A stretch of 64,000 nt of DNA from an uncultured Gammaproteobacteria bacterium (GCA_964422025.1 CAYQYZ010000001.1:13410-77409); one strand, 5' to 3'; shown: positions 25,854 through 35,714, counted from the stretch's first letter. Notes: generated by a model not told the origin, from the sequence alone. A program made the numbers and translations.

Positions 25854-26456
25854 TTACTTTCGGGCAGTAAATGAGGCCGGAGCGCGAATGATTTTTCTGC
25901 GCATAATAATCACTAAAGAGAGAGTTGTATTTGCAACAATTAAGAAAAGAGGGTACAGGGCTGTAATAATCGAAAAATTGGTTAATGCAGAAACAGAAAG
26001 AACGTGCTTAAAAGCACTTATCGTATAGTTTGAGAGCGTTTCTTGATATGGTTTGTAATATGATTTCCTCAGCGTAATAAATGTAGCAAGTACATCAGTA
26101 ATAGTAATAAGTATTGCAGCATATAAGGCAGTATCAGCTATAATCCAGCTTACCAATGCAATAAGAGCACCGCACAAGGCTATCCAATCAATAAGGACAA
26201 TATTTTTCTCGCCGTATTTGAGTGATAGTAGAAATATACCAAAGCAGAGTGCGCTAGAAAATCCCATTACCCACGATCCTGGGCCGGCACCATCACTTAA
26301 TTGAGCAAAGTAACTAATACCTGTAATAAGAGACCACACAAACCAGGTAAACGAGTGAGGTCGAGTCTTTTTAAGCAAAATATCTCGAATGTAGGGAATA
26401 ATAGCGACAAATCCTAGAACTACTGCGATGCTTCCGAGTAGTGATTGTATAGTCAT
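25854..26456 (-). CDS. 7-TM membrane protein, PQ-loop/SWEET-like (paralog 1 of 3)
   Basis: 200 aa. Two internal 3-TM repeats, each with an IPY/TLRK..KPY segment after its first helix, and a conserved GAGPG motif. Confidence 0.6.
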   Translation of the reverse strand: MTIQSLLGSIAVVLGFVAIIPYIRDILLKKTRPHSFTWFVWSLITGISYFAQLSDGAGPGSWVMGFSSALCFGIFLLSLKYGEKNIVLIDWIALCGALIALVSWIIADTALYAAILITITDVLATFITLRKSYYKPYQETLSNYTISAFKHVLSVSALTNFSIITALYPLFLIVANTTLSLVIIMRRKIIRAPASFTARK

Positions 26457-26457
26457 A

Positions 26458-27048
26458 TTAGTACCCCTTTGGTTTTAGTATAACTCGTCTGCGGGTAATT
26501 AATATAAATACAAAGCCCACATTTACGAAAGCAAGAATAAATGGATTTAGAGCTGTGATGACAGACACATTTTCTAATGCAAATAGCGAAATTACGAATT
26601 GAAAAATGGATGTTAAATACACCATAAGCGATTCTTCATAGGGTTTTTGATATGACTTTCTAATGGTAGGAATAAATCCGAATACATCAGCGATGGTGAC
26701 TAATATAATTGCATAAAGTGGAGTATTTGTAAGTATCCAGCTTGCAATAGCTATTAGTGAAATTCCCAAACAGACATAATCAACACGTGCTATATTTTTC
26801 TCACCCTTTTTGAGTGACAGAATAAAAACTCCAAAAGATACAAGCGTAATGGTTCCCATTACCCAAGCTCCTGGCCCTGCATTATCTGAAACTTGCCCTG
26901 CAAAACTAACCGCAGATGTTAAGCACCACACGAGCCACGAAAATGTATGGGGTTTTGTTGAACCATTCAAAACATCACGGTAGTAAGGGACATATCCTAT
27001 TAGAGCAATCAGAACAGAGAAAGTTCCAAGAATGCTATTCGTGTTCAT
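26458..27048 (-). CDS. 7-TM membrane protein, PQ-loop/SWEET-like (paralog 2 of 3)
   Basis: 196 aa, colinear with its neighbours (VPYYRDVLNGSTKPHTFSW, DNAGPGAWVMG, IRKSYQKPYEE). Confidence 0.6.
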   Translation of the reverse strand: MNTNSILGTFSVLIALIGYVPYYRDVLNGSTKPHTFSWLVWCLTSAVSFAGQVSDNAGPGAWVMGTITLVSFGVFILSLKKGEKNIARVDYVCLGISLIAIASWILTNTPLYAIILVTIADVFGFIPTIRKSYQKPYEESLMVYLTSIFQFVISLFALENVSVITALNPFILAFVNVGFVFILITRRRVILKPKGY

Positions 27049-27641
27049 TTCTTAAATCCTGCAGGAGCAGGAATAACTTTTCTTCGTGCGATAAGCAATA
27101 CATACATTCCCCAGTTAGCAAAAATCAAGAATGTCGGATACAAGGCGGTTGTAAGTGAGAAATTATCTAGCGCAAATAGTGCTAAGATAAATTGGAATCC
27201 TGCGACAGCATACGAAATGGCAGTTTCTTCATACGGCTTGTAAAAAGACTTTCGTGCGGTCGGAATAATTGCAATGCCATCAGTAATGGTAACGAGTATC
27301 GTTGCGTATAATGGTTCATCGGTTAAACTCCACGCAATAAGTGCACACCCGGCTAAAATTAGAGATACATAGTCAATAAGCGCGATTTCTTTTTCTCCTT
27401 TGCGTAAGGAAAGCAAGAAAATGCCGAAACACGCGGCTGCTGCTATGCCCGTTACCCATGCCCCGGGGCCGGCGTTATCAGCAATTTGTGCAAAAAAGCC
27501 AATTCCGGAAACAAGTGACCATATTAACCACGTAAATGAATGGGGTTTAGTTTTGTTTTTGAGAACATCTAAGTAATAGGGGACGTAATTGAAGGTGACT
27601 AGCACCACTGAAATTATTCCAAAAATAATATTTGTACTCAT
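27045..27641 (-). CDS. 7-TM membrane protein, PQ-loop/SWEET-like (paralog 3 of 3)
   Basis: Start taken at MSTNIIFG (27641) because the track ORF's upstream codons run into tRNA-Pro. Colinear with paralogs 1 and 2. Confidence 0.6.
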   Translation of the reverse strand: MSTNIIFGIISVVLVTFNYVPYYLDVLKNKTKPHSFTWLIWSLVSGIGFFAQIADNAGPGAWVTGIAAAACFGIFLLSLRKGEKEIALIDYVSLILAGCALIAWSLTDEPLYATILVTITDGIAIIPTARKSFYKPYEETAISYAVAGFQFILALFALDNFSLTTALYPTFLIFANWGMYVLLIARRKVIPAPAGFKK

Positions 27642-27645
27642 TATG

Positions 27646-27716
27646 TCGGGGTGGGGAGAGTCGAACTCCCGCCTCACGGTCCCAAACCGCGAATTCTACC
27701 GCTATACTACACCCCG
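27646..27716 (-). tRNA. tRNA-Pro (anticodon UGG)
   Basis: 71 nt: acceptor CGGGGTG/CACCCCG (C1:G72, as in bacterial tRNA-Pro), anticodon arm CGCGG-TTTGGGA-CCGTG, T arm GGGAG-TTCGACT-CTCCC. The D stem is weak. CCA not encoded. Confidence 0.8.
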
Positions 27717-27763
27717 TTTACTTAATTATACTTGATCTTTCCCTATATTTCCTGGTATTGTTA

Positions 27764-27775
27764 TACAATAGGCCT
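27764..27775 (+). promoter_or_regulatory. -10 hexamer 6 nt upstream of the start (leaderless-type)
   Basis: TACAAT(27764-27769)-aggcct-ATG(27776). Confidence 0.45.
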
Positions 27776-28435
27776 ATGAATATATTTTCAGGGGAAACGT
27801 ATAAGAACACGCTAAAACGCATTGTTGACGTGTGTGGAGCCATAATACTTATTATTTTTTTCTCTCCCATATGTTTATTGGCGGCTATTTGCATTAAATT
27901 AGGGTCAAAAGGACCGGTACTTGCTGATGTTCCCCAACGAGTCGGTTTGAAAGGAAAACTCTTCACGATGCATAAGTTTCGCTCTATGATCCTTAACGCT
28001 CACCATATGTTACGTAACGATGCTGAGTTTAAGCATTTATACGAGGAATATAAGAAAAGTAGCTTTAAGTTGAGGAAAGATCCTCGAATTACCTCAGTTG
28101 GAAAATTTCTACGCAAACATTCGATCGATGAAATCCCACAATTTATTAATGTGCTATCGGGCGAGATGAGTTTGGTTGGACCCCGAGCATATTATCAAGA
28201 CGAGCTTGAAGATCAACAAAAGAAATATCCTCATACACGCCCGTTGGTTGCCAAAGTACTCTCAGTTCGACCAGGAATTACAGGGTTATGGCAGGTTTCA
28301 GGGCGTTCCGAGATTAATTTCGACAAACGTATCGCTATTGACGCAGAGTATGTCGATAATGTATCATTAATGACGGACTTACAGATTATGCTCAAAACCC
28401 CGCTTGAAATGATTCAGGGGAAAGGTGCCGTATGA
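27776..28435 (+). CDS. polyprenyl-phosphate sugar-phosphate transferase (bacterial sugar transferase family, WbaP C-terminal-like)
   Basis: One TM helix followed by [34 protein letters not shown]. Start at MNIFSGE (27776). Confidence 0.85.
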   Translation: MNIFSGETYKNTLKRIVDVCGAIILIIFFSPICLLAAICIKLGSKGPVLADVPQRVGLKGKLFTMHKFRSMILNAHHMLRNDAEFKHLYEEYKKSSFKLRKDPRITSVGKFLRKHSIDEIPQFINVLSGEMSLVGPRAYYQDELEDQQKKYPHTRPLVAKVLSVRPGITGLWQVSGRSEINFDKRIAIDAEYVDNVSLMTDLQIMLKTPLEMIQGKGAV

Positions 28436-30300
28436 TATTGCGAAAAAAGAAATTTCATCACACAGGAAAAAAACGTAAGCGAACCAGAATTTTTTGGTCT
28501 CTTGTGTTATTTGTACTTTTCCTAACGTTCTTCGTTGTTCTTCCGCTGAAAAATATTAATACCAAAGGTCGAGCTGTTGTTGCAAGTGCTCGAGTGATGA
28601 AAGATTCATTAAAGGGTGACGATATGAATAAAGTGCAGACTGACATGAAAGATGTCCGAACAAAATTTGATTCTTTCCAAAAAGATGCCAAAAAAATATA
28701 TTGGATGCGATTTATACCGGTAGCCGGATGGTATGTTTCAGACTTTAAACATGGTGTAGAAGCCGGCGAGAGCCTTATTAATGCGGGTCAAAAGGGAATA
28801 ACCGCTATAGCTCCGTATGCAGATTTGATTGGATTCAAAAAGGGAGGAGCCGGTTTTGCAGATCGTTCAGCTGATGATCGTATTCAAACCGCCGTATTAA
28901 CACTTGATAAAATTGTTCCCCAAGTTGATGCAATTGCTGTCGACATTGATGCTGCCCAAAAAGAGATTGATCAAATTGATCCTGGTAAATATCCGGGAAA
29001 ATATGGTGCTAAAATTGCAGGCTATCAAGAGCAATTTGATAGCGTCGCATCACTGTTTGTCGATGCAAAGCCGTTTATTAAAAAAGTTCCTAATTTACTC
29101 GGAGCACATGGAGAGCGAACATATATTATAGTTTTCCAAAACGACAAAGAACTTCGTCCAACAGGTGGATTCTTAACTGCGTATGCCATTTTTAAAATGA
29201 AAAATGGAAAAATGTCAGCGCAGCGTTCAGAAGATATTTATACTCTCGATGCCTCCATTTCAAGTCATCCAAAAGCTCCGGCACCAATTTTAGCCTATCA
29301 CAAAGGAGTATCTCAGTTAAATATTCGCGACAGTAATTTAAGTCCTGATTATTATGAATCTATGCAGGAATTTGAAAAACTGTATGCAAAAAGTAGTCAG
29401 AAAGTAGCCTACGACGGAATCATTGCAGTCGACACAAAGGTGCTCGTAGACATGTTACGTGTTCTTGGCGACACGGAAGCCGGCGGACATACGTTCTCAG
29501 CAAAACCTGATGATCGATGCGATTGTCCACAAGTAATTTACGAATTATTGAATGACATTGATCGTCCTGTAAATTATGTTAAGAACGATCGAAAGGGAAT
29601 TCTTGGGCAGCTTCTATATGCAATCATGCAGAAGGCGCTCGGATCATCTCCTTCTCAATATTGGGGTCAACTTACCCAAGATGGAATTGCGAATTTAGAA
29701 GAAAAGCATATTCTAATGTATCTTAAAGATGAAGAGGAACAGAAGGCGGCTGAAGCCATTAATTTTGCTGGTCGAATGCAACAAACAAAAGGGGACTTCT
29801 TACATATTAGCGATACTAACTTTGCCGGAGCAAAATCTAATTTATTCGTACAACACAATGTCACCTCCGACACCACTATCGATTCTAATGGAACCGTTAC
29901 TCGGAAACTCACTATTCGCTACAAGAATCCTCATCGAGCTTCAGATTGTAATTTAGAGCGAGGAGGACTCTGCTTAAATGCGCCGCTTCGAAATTGGCTC
30001 CGTATATATGTTCCGGAAGGGAGCAAATTGGTAAGCTTTAAGGGATCTCAAACTAAAACACAAACATATGATGAACTTGGTAAAACCGTTTTTGAAGGAT
30101 TCATGACGGTAAATCCAATGGGATCAGCTTTAGTAACAGTGGAGTATGAATTGCCCAATAAAGTAAAAAATCAAAAGGATTATACCCTGTACATTCAAAA
30201 GCAGCCAGGAACGGTTGGGCACGAATACACCGTGAATGTAAATGAAAAACTGCGTTCAAACACTCCCCTTGTCAAAGACTACCAACTTACGCTAAAATGA
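28432..30300 (+). CDS. DUF4012 domain membrane-anchored protein
   Basis: N-terminal TM helix and the characteristic LLGAHGERTYIIVFQNDKELRPTGGFLTAYA motif. Typical neighbour of sugar transferases. Confidence 0.75.
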   Translation: MILRKKKFHHTGKKRKRTRIFWSLVLFVLFLTFFVVLPLKNINTKGRAVVASARVMKDSLKGDDMNKVQTDMKDVRTKFDSFQKDAKKIYWMRFIPVAGWYVSDFKHGVEAGESLINAGQKGITAIAPYADLIGFKKGGAGFADRSADDRIQTAVLTLDKIVPQVDAIAVDIDAAQKEIDQIDPGKYPGKYGAKIAGYQEQFDSVASLFVDAKPFIKKVPNLLGAHGERTYIIVFQNDKELRPTGGFLTAYAIFKMKNGKMSAQRSEDIYTLDASISSHPKAPAPILAYHKGVSQLNIRDSNLSPDYYESMQEFEKLYAKSSQKVAYDGIIAVDTKVLVDMLRVLGDTEAGGHTFSAKPDDRCDCPQVIYELLNDIDRPVNYVKNDRKGILGQLLYAIMQKALGSSPSQYWGQLTQDGIANLEEKHILMYLKDEEEQKAAEAINFAGRMQQTKGDFLHISDTNFAGAKSNLFVQHNVTSDTTIDSNGTVTRKLTIRYKNPHRASDCNLERGGLCLNAPLRNWLRIYVPEGSKLVSFKGSQTKTQTYDELGKTVFEGFMTVNPMGSALVTVEYELPNKVKNQKDYTLYIQKQPGTVGHEYTVNVNEKLRSNTPLVKDYQLTLK

Positions 30301-30304
30301 TTTC

Positions 30305-30835
30305 GTGAGGTACAGTAACGATTTCGGCATTATTCTCAAAAAGAATCAACTTCTAGGCGATAATATTCTCGTTACGCTTTTTTCGCTGTCTAAAGGCAAA
30401 ATTGTGCTTAAAGCGTATGGGGTCAAGAAGCTTAATAGTAAACGCATGGCTCATTTGGAAACGGGGAATTACATTTCATTTTCAAGTTATCAAAAAGGTG
30501 CCCACACCACTCTCACGGAAACAGAGCTTGTTTATGGCTACTCCAAGATCCGCAAATCAAGCGATAAACTGGCATATTTATTTACTTATTTATTTGTGTT
30601 GAATAGAGTATTGCCCGAAGATCAGCCTGATGGGGCAATGTTTACAAATACAAAAGCATTTTTAAAAGAGCTTAATAATAAGCCAGAATTTGTTACCAAG
30701 GACCTTATTAAACATTTTGACCAACTTTTATTTACTGCCGGATTCTTGTCGCCCGAAAAACAAAATGGAGCTGGCTACGATACGATGCTTTTTGTAGAAG
30801 AAGTAATTGGAAGAAAGGTAGATGTGATGTTTTAA
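30305..30835 (+). CDS. recO: RecO-like DNA repair protein (short form)
   Basis: 176 aa. The N-terminal OB-fold pattern (GIILKKNQLLGDNILVTLFSLSKGKIVLKAYGVKK...) resembles RecO. No zinc-finger region. GTG start. Confidence 0.5.
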   Translation: MRYSNDFGIILKKNQLLGDNILVTLFSLSKGKIVLKAYGVKKLNSKRMAHLETGNYISFSSYQKGAHTTLTETELVYGYSKIRKSSDKLAYLFTYLFVLNRVLPEDQPDGAMFTNTKAFLKELNNKPEFVTKDLIKHFDQLLFTAGFLSPEKQNGAGYDTMLFVEEVIGRKVDVMF

Positions 30836-31917
30836 GTGAGCTTCTCGAATTCTGTGTCTTTCAATGATTTTACAAGTTCAGAAAGCTTAGGTACCGATGA
30901 TTTCTTAGTCACAAGTAACACATCCTCTGTATTAACTATTACAAAATCATCCAAATCCAATGTAACGATGAGCTTATTGGCATCATAATTGTAAATAATT
31001 GAATCAGAAGTATTTTTGGCTAAAACTTGTCCATGGGTTACATTTGCCTCCGGAGATTCTTCTAGGGCTTCTTTAAGAGCCTCCCATGCTCCTATATCAG
31101 ACCAACCAACATCGAGCGTTAAAACATACGATTCCTTTCCATCTAGTTTCTCATAAATTGCATTATCAACGTGTACCGTTGGGATTTGGGGATATTCTGC
31201 TTCGAGTACCGACTGAAAAGAGTCTGTGCCATAGGCTTGTGCTATAGCGTGCGTATGAATAAATACATCGGGCGCATGAAGTTCAAAAAGGTGATTCATA
31301 AATGCCGGAGTGGTCATAAAGTACCCAAGGTTCCATGCGTGATGTCCGCTTGCAAAGAAGCGCGCTGCGGTTTCAGTATCGGGTTTATATTTGAAACTCT
31401 TAAAACTGTGGATATCTGCATCTACTCCAACATCTACCTTATCACCGTATTCAATCCAACCAAGATTTTCGCTAGCAAAGCGAGGAACATGACCGATAAA
31501 GATGATTTTTTTTGGATCTTTGGCAATGATCTCTTGACTCGACATGATAGCATCCATGAACTCCACTGGCTTTTTAATGAAATGATCACTCCACATTATT
31601 AAAACTGGTTCATCGGGAAACTGTTTTGCAAGAATGCCAAATATAAATGCAACCGCAGCCCCGACATCTCGACGACAAGGTTCGCCAATAATATTGTCTG
31701 CGGGTATTTGAGGAAGCTGCTTACGAATAATATTTACGTATTCTGCTCCAGTAGAAATATATATATCTTCTGGTGCATACTTTTGACTTATTACTCCAAC
31801 CTGAAGTTGTATCGTTGACTTACCGTTTACGAGGGGTTCAAACTGCTTTGGACTGTTTTTACGTGACAGTGGCCACATGCGTGTGCCAGCTCCACCGGCA
31901 AAAATGACTGCTTTCAT
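30832..31917 (-). CDS. mannose-1-phosphate guanylyltransferase-like nucleotidyltransferase
   Basis: MKAVIFAGGAGTRMWPLSRKNSPKQF N-terminal signature. 361 aa. Confidence 0.8.
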   Translation of the reverse strand: MKAVIFAGGAGTRMWPLSRKNSPKQFEPLVNGKSTIQLQVGVISQKYAPEDIYISTGAEYVNIIRKQLPQIPADNIIGEPCRRDVGAAVAFIFGILAKQFPDEPVLIMWSDHFIKKPVEFMDAIMSSQEIIAKDPKKIIFIGHVPRFASENLGWIEYGDKVDVGVDADIHSFKSFKYKPDTETAARFFASGHHAWNLGYFMTTPAFMNHLFELHAPDVFIHTHAIAQAYGTDSFQSVLEAEYPQIPTVHVDNAIYEKLDGKESYVLTLDVGWSDIGAWEALKEALEESPEANVTHGQVLAKNTSDSIIYNYDANKLIVTLDLDDFVIVNTEDVLLVTKKSSVPKLSELVKSLKDTEFEKLT

Positions 31918-33035
31918 GATAAATTACTTTCGATGTATTGATTAAACTTCTTAATAAATATTTCTTTGCGAAACTTTTCAGCTTGTTTTGGACCTTCAAC
32001 TTTAGCTGATCTTGATAGAGTGTAGTACATTAATTCAAACTTTTCAAGCGCTTCTGTAAGCGACGATTCTGTCTGCTGGGGAAAAAGGATGCCAGTAATT
32101 TCAGGAACAATTGTCTCGGCAACTCCACTGCTGGCGTATGAAATGACTGGGCAGCCAAAGAACTGTGCTTCAAGTGCTGTATATCCAAATTCTTCTTTCT
32201 GGGGCAGTATAAGGGCTTTGGCGTGGGAATAGTACTCCGCCAGTTCTTGATCAGTAGCTTTTTCAACAAATGTTATATTTTTCCCCGCTATTCTTTTTAA
32301 TTTTTCCAATTGTGAGCCTGATCCGATGATGATAAGTTTTTTATTAAGTTTATTAAATGTTTTAATGACCAAATCGATTCTCTTATACTGCTCCAAACGA
32401 GATACCACTAAGTAATACTCTCCCCGCTCTCTTAATGCGCTAATCGGGGTTGGTTTAAATCCTTTCCAATAATCAATATCAAAGGGAGGATATATAGTTT
32501 CGGACTCTCTCTGGTAATACTTTTTAATGTTTGTAGAAACTATCTTCGATATTCCAATAAGTTTGTCGGGTCTGTTTGCGGCAATACGATCCCACGTTTT
32601 AAGATACCGCGTGTAGAGCGTATGTTGTGCAAGTCGTTCCATGAGAGATGGGTATGCCTCTGGCTGATCCCACAAGAATCGGGTAGGGGAAAGCATGTAG
32701 CAGATATGGAGAGTATCTGGGCGCGTTACAACGCTCTTAGCAAATGAGGAAGTAATTGAAATGACCACATCATATGACGGAAAATTCAGACTTTCAAAAG
32801 CAAACGGATACAGCGGTACGCAGAGCGTGCGGTTAGATTTTATAAACTCGGGAAGTTTTTGAATAAAACTCGTTTTAAAATTCAACTCCTTTGCCCAGGG
32901 AGCTTTCTCTATGTCGCAGTACGAGGTATAAAGGTCAGCGTGCGGATACATCTCTTTTAGAATCAAAAGAACTCGTTCTGCTCCTCCCCATTTGTCAATC
33001 CAGTCATAAACAATAGCAATTCTCTTGTTTTTCAT
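31914..33035 (-). CDS. glycosyltransferase, GT4 family (GT-B fold)
   Basis: C-terminal EX7E-type motif EEFGYTALEAQFFGCPVI. Confidence 0.8.
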   Translation of the reverse strand: MKNKRIAIVYDWIDKWGGAERVLLILKEMYPHADLYTSYCDIEKAPWAKELNFKTSFIQKLPEFIKSNRTLCVPLYPFAFESLNFPSYDVVISITSSFAKSVVTRPDTLHICYMLSPTRFLWDQPEAYPSLMERLAQHTLYTRYLKTWDRIAANRPDKLIGISKIVSTNIKKYYQRESETIYPPFDIDYWKGFKPTPISALRERGEYYLVVSRLEQYKRIDLVIKTFNKLNKKLIIIGSGSQLEKLKRIAGKNITFVEKATDQELAEYYSHAKALILPQKEEFGYTALEAQFFGCPVISYASSGVAETIVPEITGILFPQQTESSLTEALEKFELMYYTLSRSAKVEGPKQAEKFRKEIFIKKFNQYIESNLS

Positions 33036-34132
33036 ACGTTTTCGGTATAAATCTGCTGCGTTTTTTGAGTCATATTTTCAAACGAAAATCGTTTTGTATC
33101 GAGCTTAGGCGTAGTGAGTTTTTGATGAGCTGCCTGCTCTAAGGCTTTTCGTATAGACTCTTGGCTATACGGGTCGAATCGGAGCGTGCGCTCATGTAAA
33201 ATTTCATCGAAAACAGAAATTTTGGAGGCTAATATGGGGCACCCAAAATACTGGGCTTCTACTACTGGCAGTCCAAACCCTTCGGTAAGTGAGGGCTGCA
33301 CTAATGCATGTGCTTTTTTGAATAACGCTATTTTTTCTTGTTGTGAAATGTTAAATAACTGCAAAACTCGTTCCGAAATACCAAGATTATTAATAAGTTG
33401 TGTAATTGATGCAGAAAAAAAGTCTTTTGGTCCAACTACTATTAATTTCATTGTGGTCTTTGTTTGTGCAAAAGCCTTGAGCATTTTCTCAACGTTTTTA
33501 TGAGGGTATGAATTTCCAATATATATAAAATAGCGGGAATTTTTTAGAAAACTGTTTGTCGATGTAAATATCGACTCGTCAGGCTTCATTTTTTGAAGTT
33601 CAAAATCAATACCTTCATGTGTTACTACAATTTTGTTTTTATATTGATGTCCAAAATAATGAATAATAGCGCTTCGTACTGCTTCAGATGGCACAATTAC
33701 TTGCGTGCTTTTTTTGATTCCGCGTGCAAGAACATGCTGATAAACAGTATGTTTTACGTGAAATAAAGGGGTTGGAAGCGTAGTTGCTTGACCAGTTTTA
33801 AATAGTAAAGGAGTTAAATCATGAATAGTAATTACAAACGGTCGTAGGTAAAGATAAGGAAAACTGAAATAGGTAAAGTGCATTAAATCAAGTTTATCTT
33901 CATACAGAGTTCGTAAAAAATGAGTCTGTTCAGCGACTGAATGCCATCTGAAAGGTGCGGGTCGCTTAATCAGGTGTGCTTTGTTCGGAATAGTATCAAG
34001 ATCTTGTGGATACGCATATACATAATATTCAACAGTACCCGAGGAGGTTTGCAAATAGTGCAGCAAATTTCGAATATATACGCCAACTCCTGTTTGATTA
34101 ATTAATCGTGCATCAATGCCAATGCGTTTCAT
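33032..34132 (-). CDS. glycosyltransferase, GT4 family
   Basis: TEGFGLPVVEAQYFGCPIL motif. Confidence 0.8.
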   Translation of the reverse strand: MKRIGIDARLINQTGVGVYIRNLLHYLQTSSGTVEYYVYAYPQDLDTIPNKAHLIKRPAPFRWHSVAEQTHFLRTLYEDKLDLMHFTYFSFPYLYLRPFVITIHDLTPLLFKTGQATTLPTPLFHVKHTVYQHVLARGIKKSTQVIVPSEAVRSAIIHYFGHQYKNKIVVTHEGIDFELQKMKPDESIFTSTNSFLKNSRYFIYIGNSYPHKNVEKMLKAFAQTKTTMKLIVVGPKDFFSASITQLINNLGISERVLQLFNISQQEKIALFKKAHALVQPSLTEGFGLPVVEAQYFGCPILASKISVFDEILHERTLRFDPYSQESIRKALEQAAHQKLTTPKLDTKRFSFENMTQKTQQIYTENV

Positions 34133-35040
34133 CGGGGAAGTTTAGATTTTAATTTAATAAATAAATGAGTCAAATAATTTTCAACTTTTGAATTCTTTTT
34201 TGCAAGATTTTTATTGTAAAAAATTCCCATAGAATCATAAAAATGTTCGCCTGTTTTTTTCTGAACAGTTGACTCTGTCGTCTTTAGCCCACTGCGATGT
34301 TTGAGGTGCAACACGGTGAAGAGTGGATAGTAAATAATTTTATATCCTAATTCTTTAATACGAAATGAAAGATCGATATCTTCACCATACATAAAATAAT
34401 CTTCATCAAATCCTTTTATTTTATTCATAATACTTGCTCGCGTTAAATAGAAAGCTCCGGTAGGAGAATCAATTTCATGAATCGTTTTCAAATTCAGATG
34501 AGTTAAATGATATCCTCCAAATATTCTGTTGAGTAAGGGGACAGGAGAGAAAGCTTTTTCTAATTTTGTAAAATACGTAAATGCATTCCACAAACTTGGA
34601 AATCCTCGATGACTTGCAGGGTCAATAGTTCCATTAGGTAATTGAACGCGAACCGTTAATACTCCTACTTTTTCATGCTCTTCCAAATAATGAATCAGAT
34701 CAGCAAAGTTTACATCTTGCACGTACACATCGGAATTCAAAAAAAGTACGTACTTTCCCGTTACTAATTCAAGGCCTTTATTATTTCCTTTTGAAAACCC
34801 AAGGTTATTCTCTAAAAAAAGTGTTTTAACATCGACATTCTTACTGTCTGAGCGACATTGTTGAAGCATTTCAACTGACCCGTCGACTGAATGATTGTCT
34901 ACTAAAATAATTTCTGTAGAAACCGAAGGAGATTTTTGCAAAGCCTTTTCAAGATGTTCAAAACACTGACGTGTTATATCGAGAGTATTATACGAAACAA
35001 TAATGATTGACAAATCTTTCATAACATTTATCGAAACCAA
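34129..35040 (-). CDS. glycosyltransferase, GT2 family
   Basis: LSIIIVSYNT, VDNHSVDGS, and FLNSDV (DxD-type). Confidence 0.8.
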   Translation of the reverse strand: MVSINVMKDLSIIIVSYNTLDITRQCFEHLEKALQKSPSVSTEIILVDNHSVDGSVEMLQQCRSDSKNVDVKTLFLENNLGFSKGNNKGLELVTGKYVLFLNSDVYVQDVNFADLIHYLEEHEKVGVLTVRVQLPNGTIDPASHRGFPSLWNAFTYFTKLEKAFSPVPLLNRIFGGYHLTHLNLKTIHEIDSPTGAFYLTRASIMNKIKGFDEDYFMYGEDIDLSFRIKELGYKIIYYPLFTVLHLKHRSGLKTTESTVQKKTGEHFYDSMGIFYNKNLAKKNSKVENYLTHLFIKLKSKLPR

Positions 35041-35633
35041 GCGGCCCGGCCTAGTTTGTAGTGGAGATTTTTTTCTTTCCGTTGACCAATTTCTTTTGCA
35101 GGAACTCCACCAACGATTGAATATGGCGCAACGTCTTTAGTAACTACGGCTCCTGCTCCCACAATGGCACCTGTTCCAATGGTAACTCCTGGCAGAATAA
35201 TTGCTCGAGGTCCGATGAATACATAATCTTGGATTACGACTGGAGCTAATATGATGTCTTCTACTGCTGCAAAATGTTCACTATTCACGTTATGTTCACT
35301 GTTGTAAATCATGACTTGTGAAGCAATGTCGACGTGATCGCCAATAGTAAGTGGTGCGCGACCGTCGAGGACCGAGTATTCTCCAATAATAGTATCGTTT
35401 CCAATTTTAATTCGAGTAGGATCATAAAAGCGTGCATACATGTGAATACTTGAACCCTTGCCAATCGACATACCCGCAAACCGATATACTAAGCGTCTAA
35501 AAAGATGAAAAGGAACGCAACCTGCCTGATGAACAAAAAAAACAATGAATTCCATTAAGATTGTTCGTACGCGCAAAACTGCTTTCCTTGCAACCTCATC
35601 ACCGGTTAGTGTTCTACCTGTTTTATCTTTCAT
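35028..35633 (-). CDS. hexapeptide-repeat (LbH) acetyltransferase
   Basis: Left-handed beta-helix repeats (IGDHVDIASQVMIYN..., IGPRAIILPGVTIGTGAIVGAGAVVTKDV). Confidence 0.8.
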   Translation of the reverse strand: MKDKTGRTLTGDEVARKAVLRVRTILMEFIVFFVHQAGCVPFHLFRRLVYRFAGMSIGKGSSIHMYARFYDPTRIKIGNDTIIGEYSVLDGRAPLTIGDHVDIASQVMIYNSEHNVNSEHFAAVEDIILAPVVIQDYVFIGPRAIILPGVTIGTGAIVGAGAVVTKDVAPYSIVGGVPAKEIGQRKEKNLHYKLGRAAWFR

Positions 35634-35640
35634 ATTTTTG

Positions 35641-35714
35641 TCAACCTCGGAGGTGGTACATGCCTATTCAACCTCGGAGGTTGTACATGCCTATTCAACC
35701 TGGTAGGTTGTCAC
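35641..35714. repeat. tandem 27-nt TCAACCT-NNN-AGGTTG repeats, locus B (2 full units plus 1 degenerate)
   Basis: TCAACCTCGGAGGTgGTACATGCCTAT / TCAACCTCGGAGGTTGTACATGCCTAT / TCAACCTGGTAGGTTGTCAC. The units abut with no spacers. Unit 3 encodes the C-terminus and stop of the gene 35695-36810. Confidence 0.85.

Noticed and set aside
27632-27775. N-terminal extension of the sugar-transferase ORF (track start 27632).
   Set aside because: The extension overlaps tRNA-Pro on the opposite strand and is not family-like. ATG 27776 is preceded by TACAAT-N6 and begins the conserved protein.
25731-27775. A mobile or integrative element at the tRNA-flanked paralog block.
   Set aside because: No integrase, transposase, direct repeats of tRNA 3' ends or phage genes were found. 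The block is better explained as a tandem gene duplication.
35641-35714. Possible CRISPR array, given the short direct repeats.
   Set aside because: The 27-nt units abut each other with no spacers. There are only 2 full copies plus 1 degenerate copy, no cas genes are present, and the last unit is coding.
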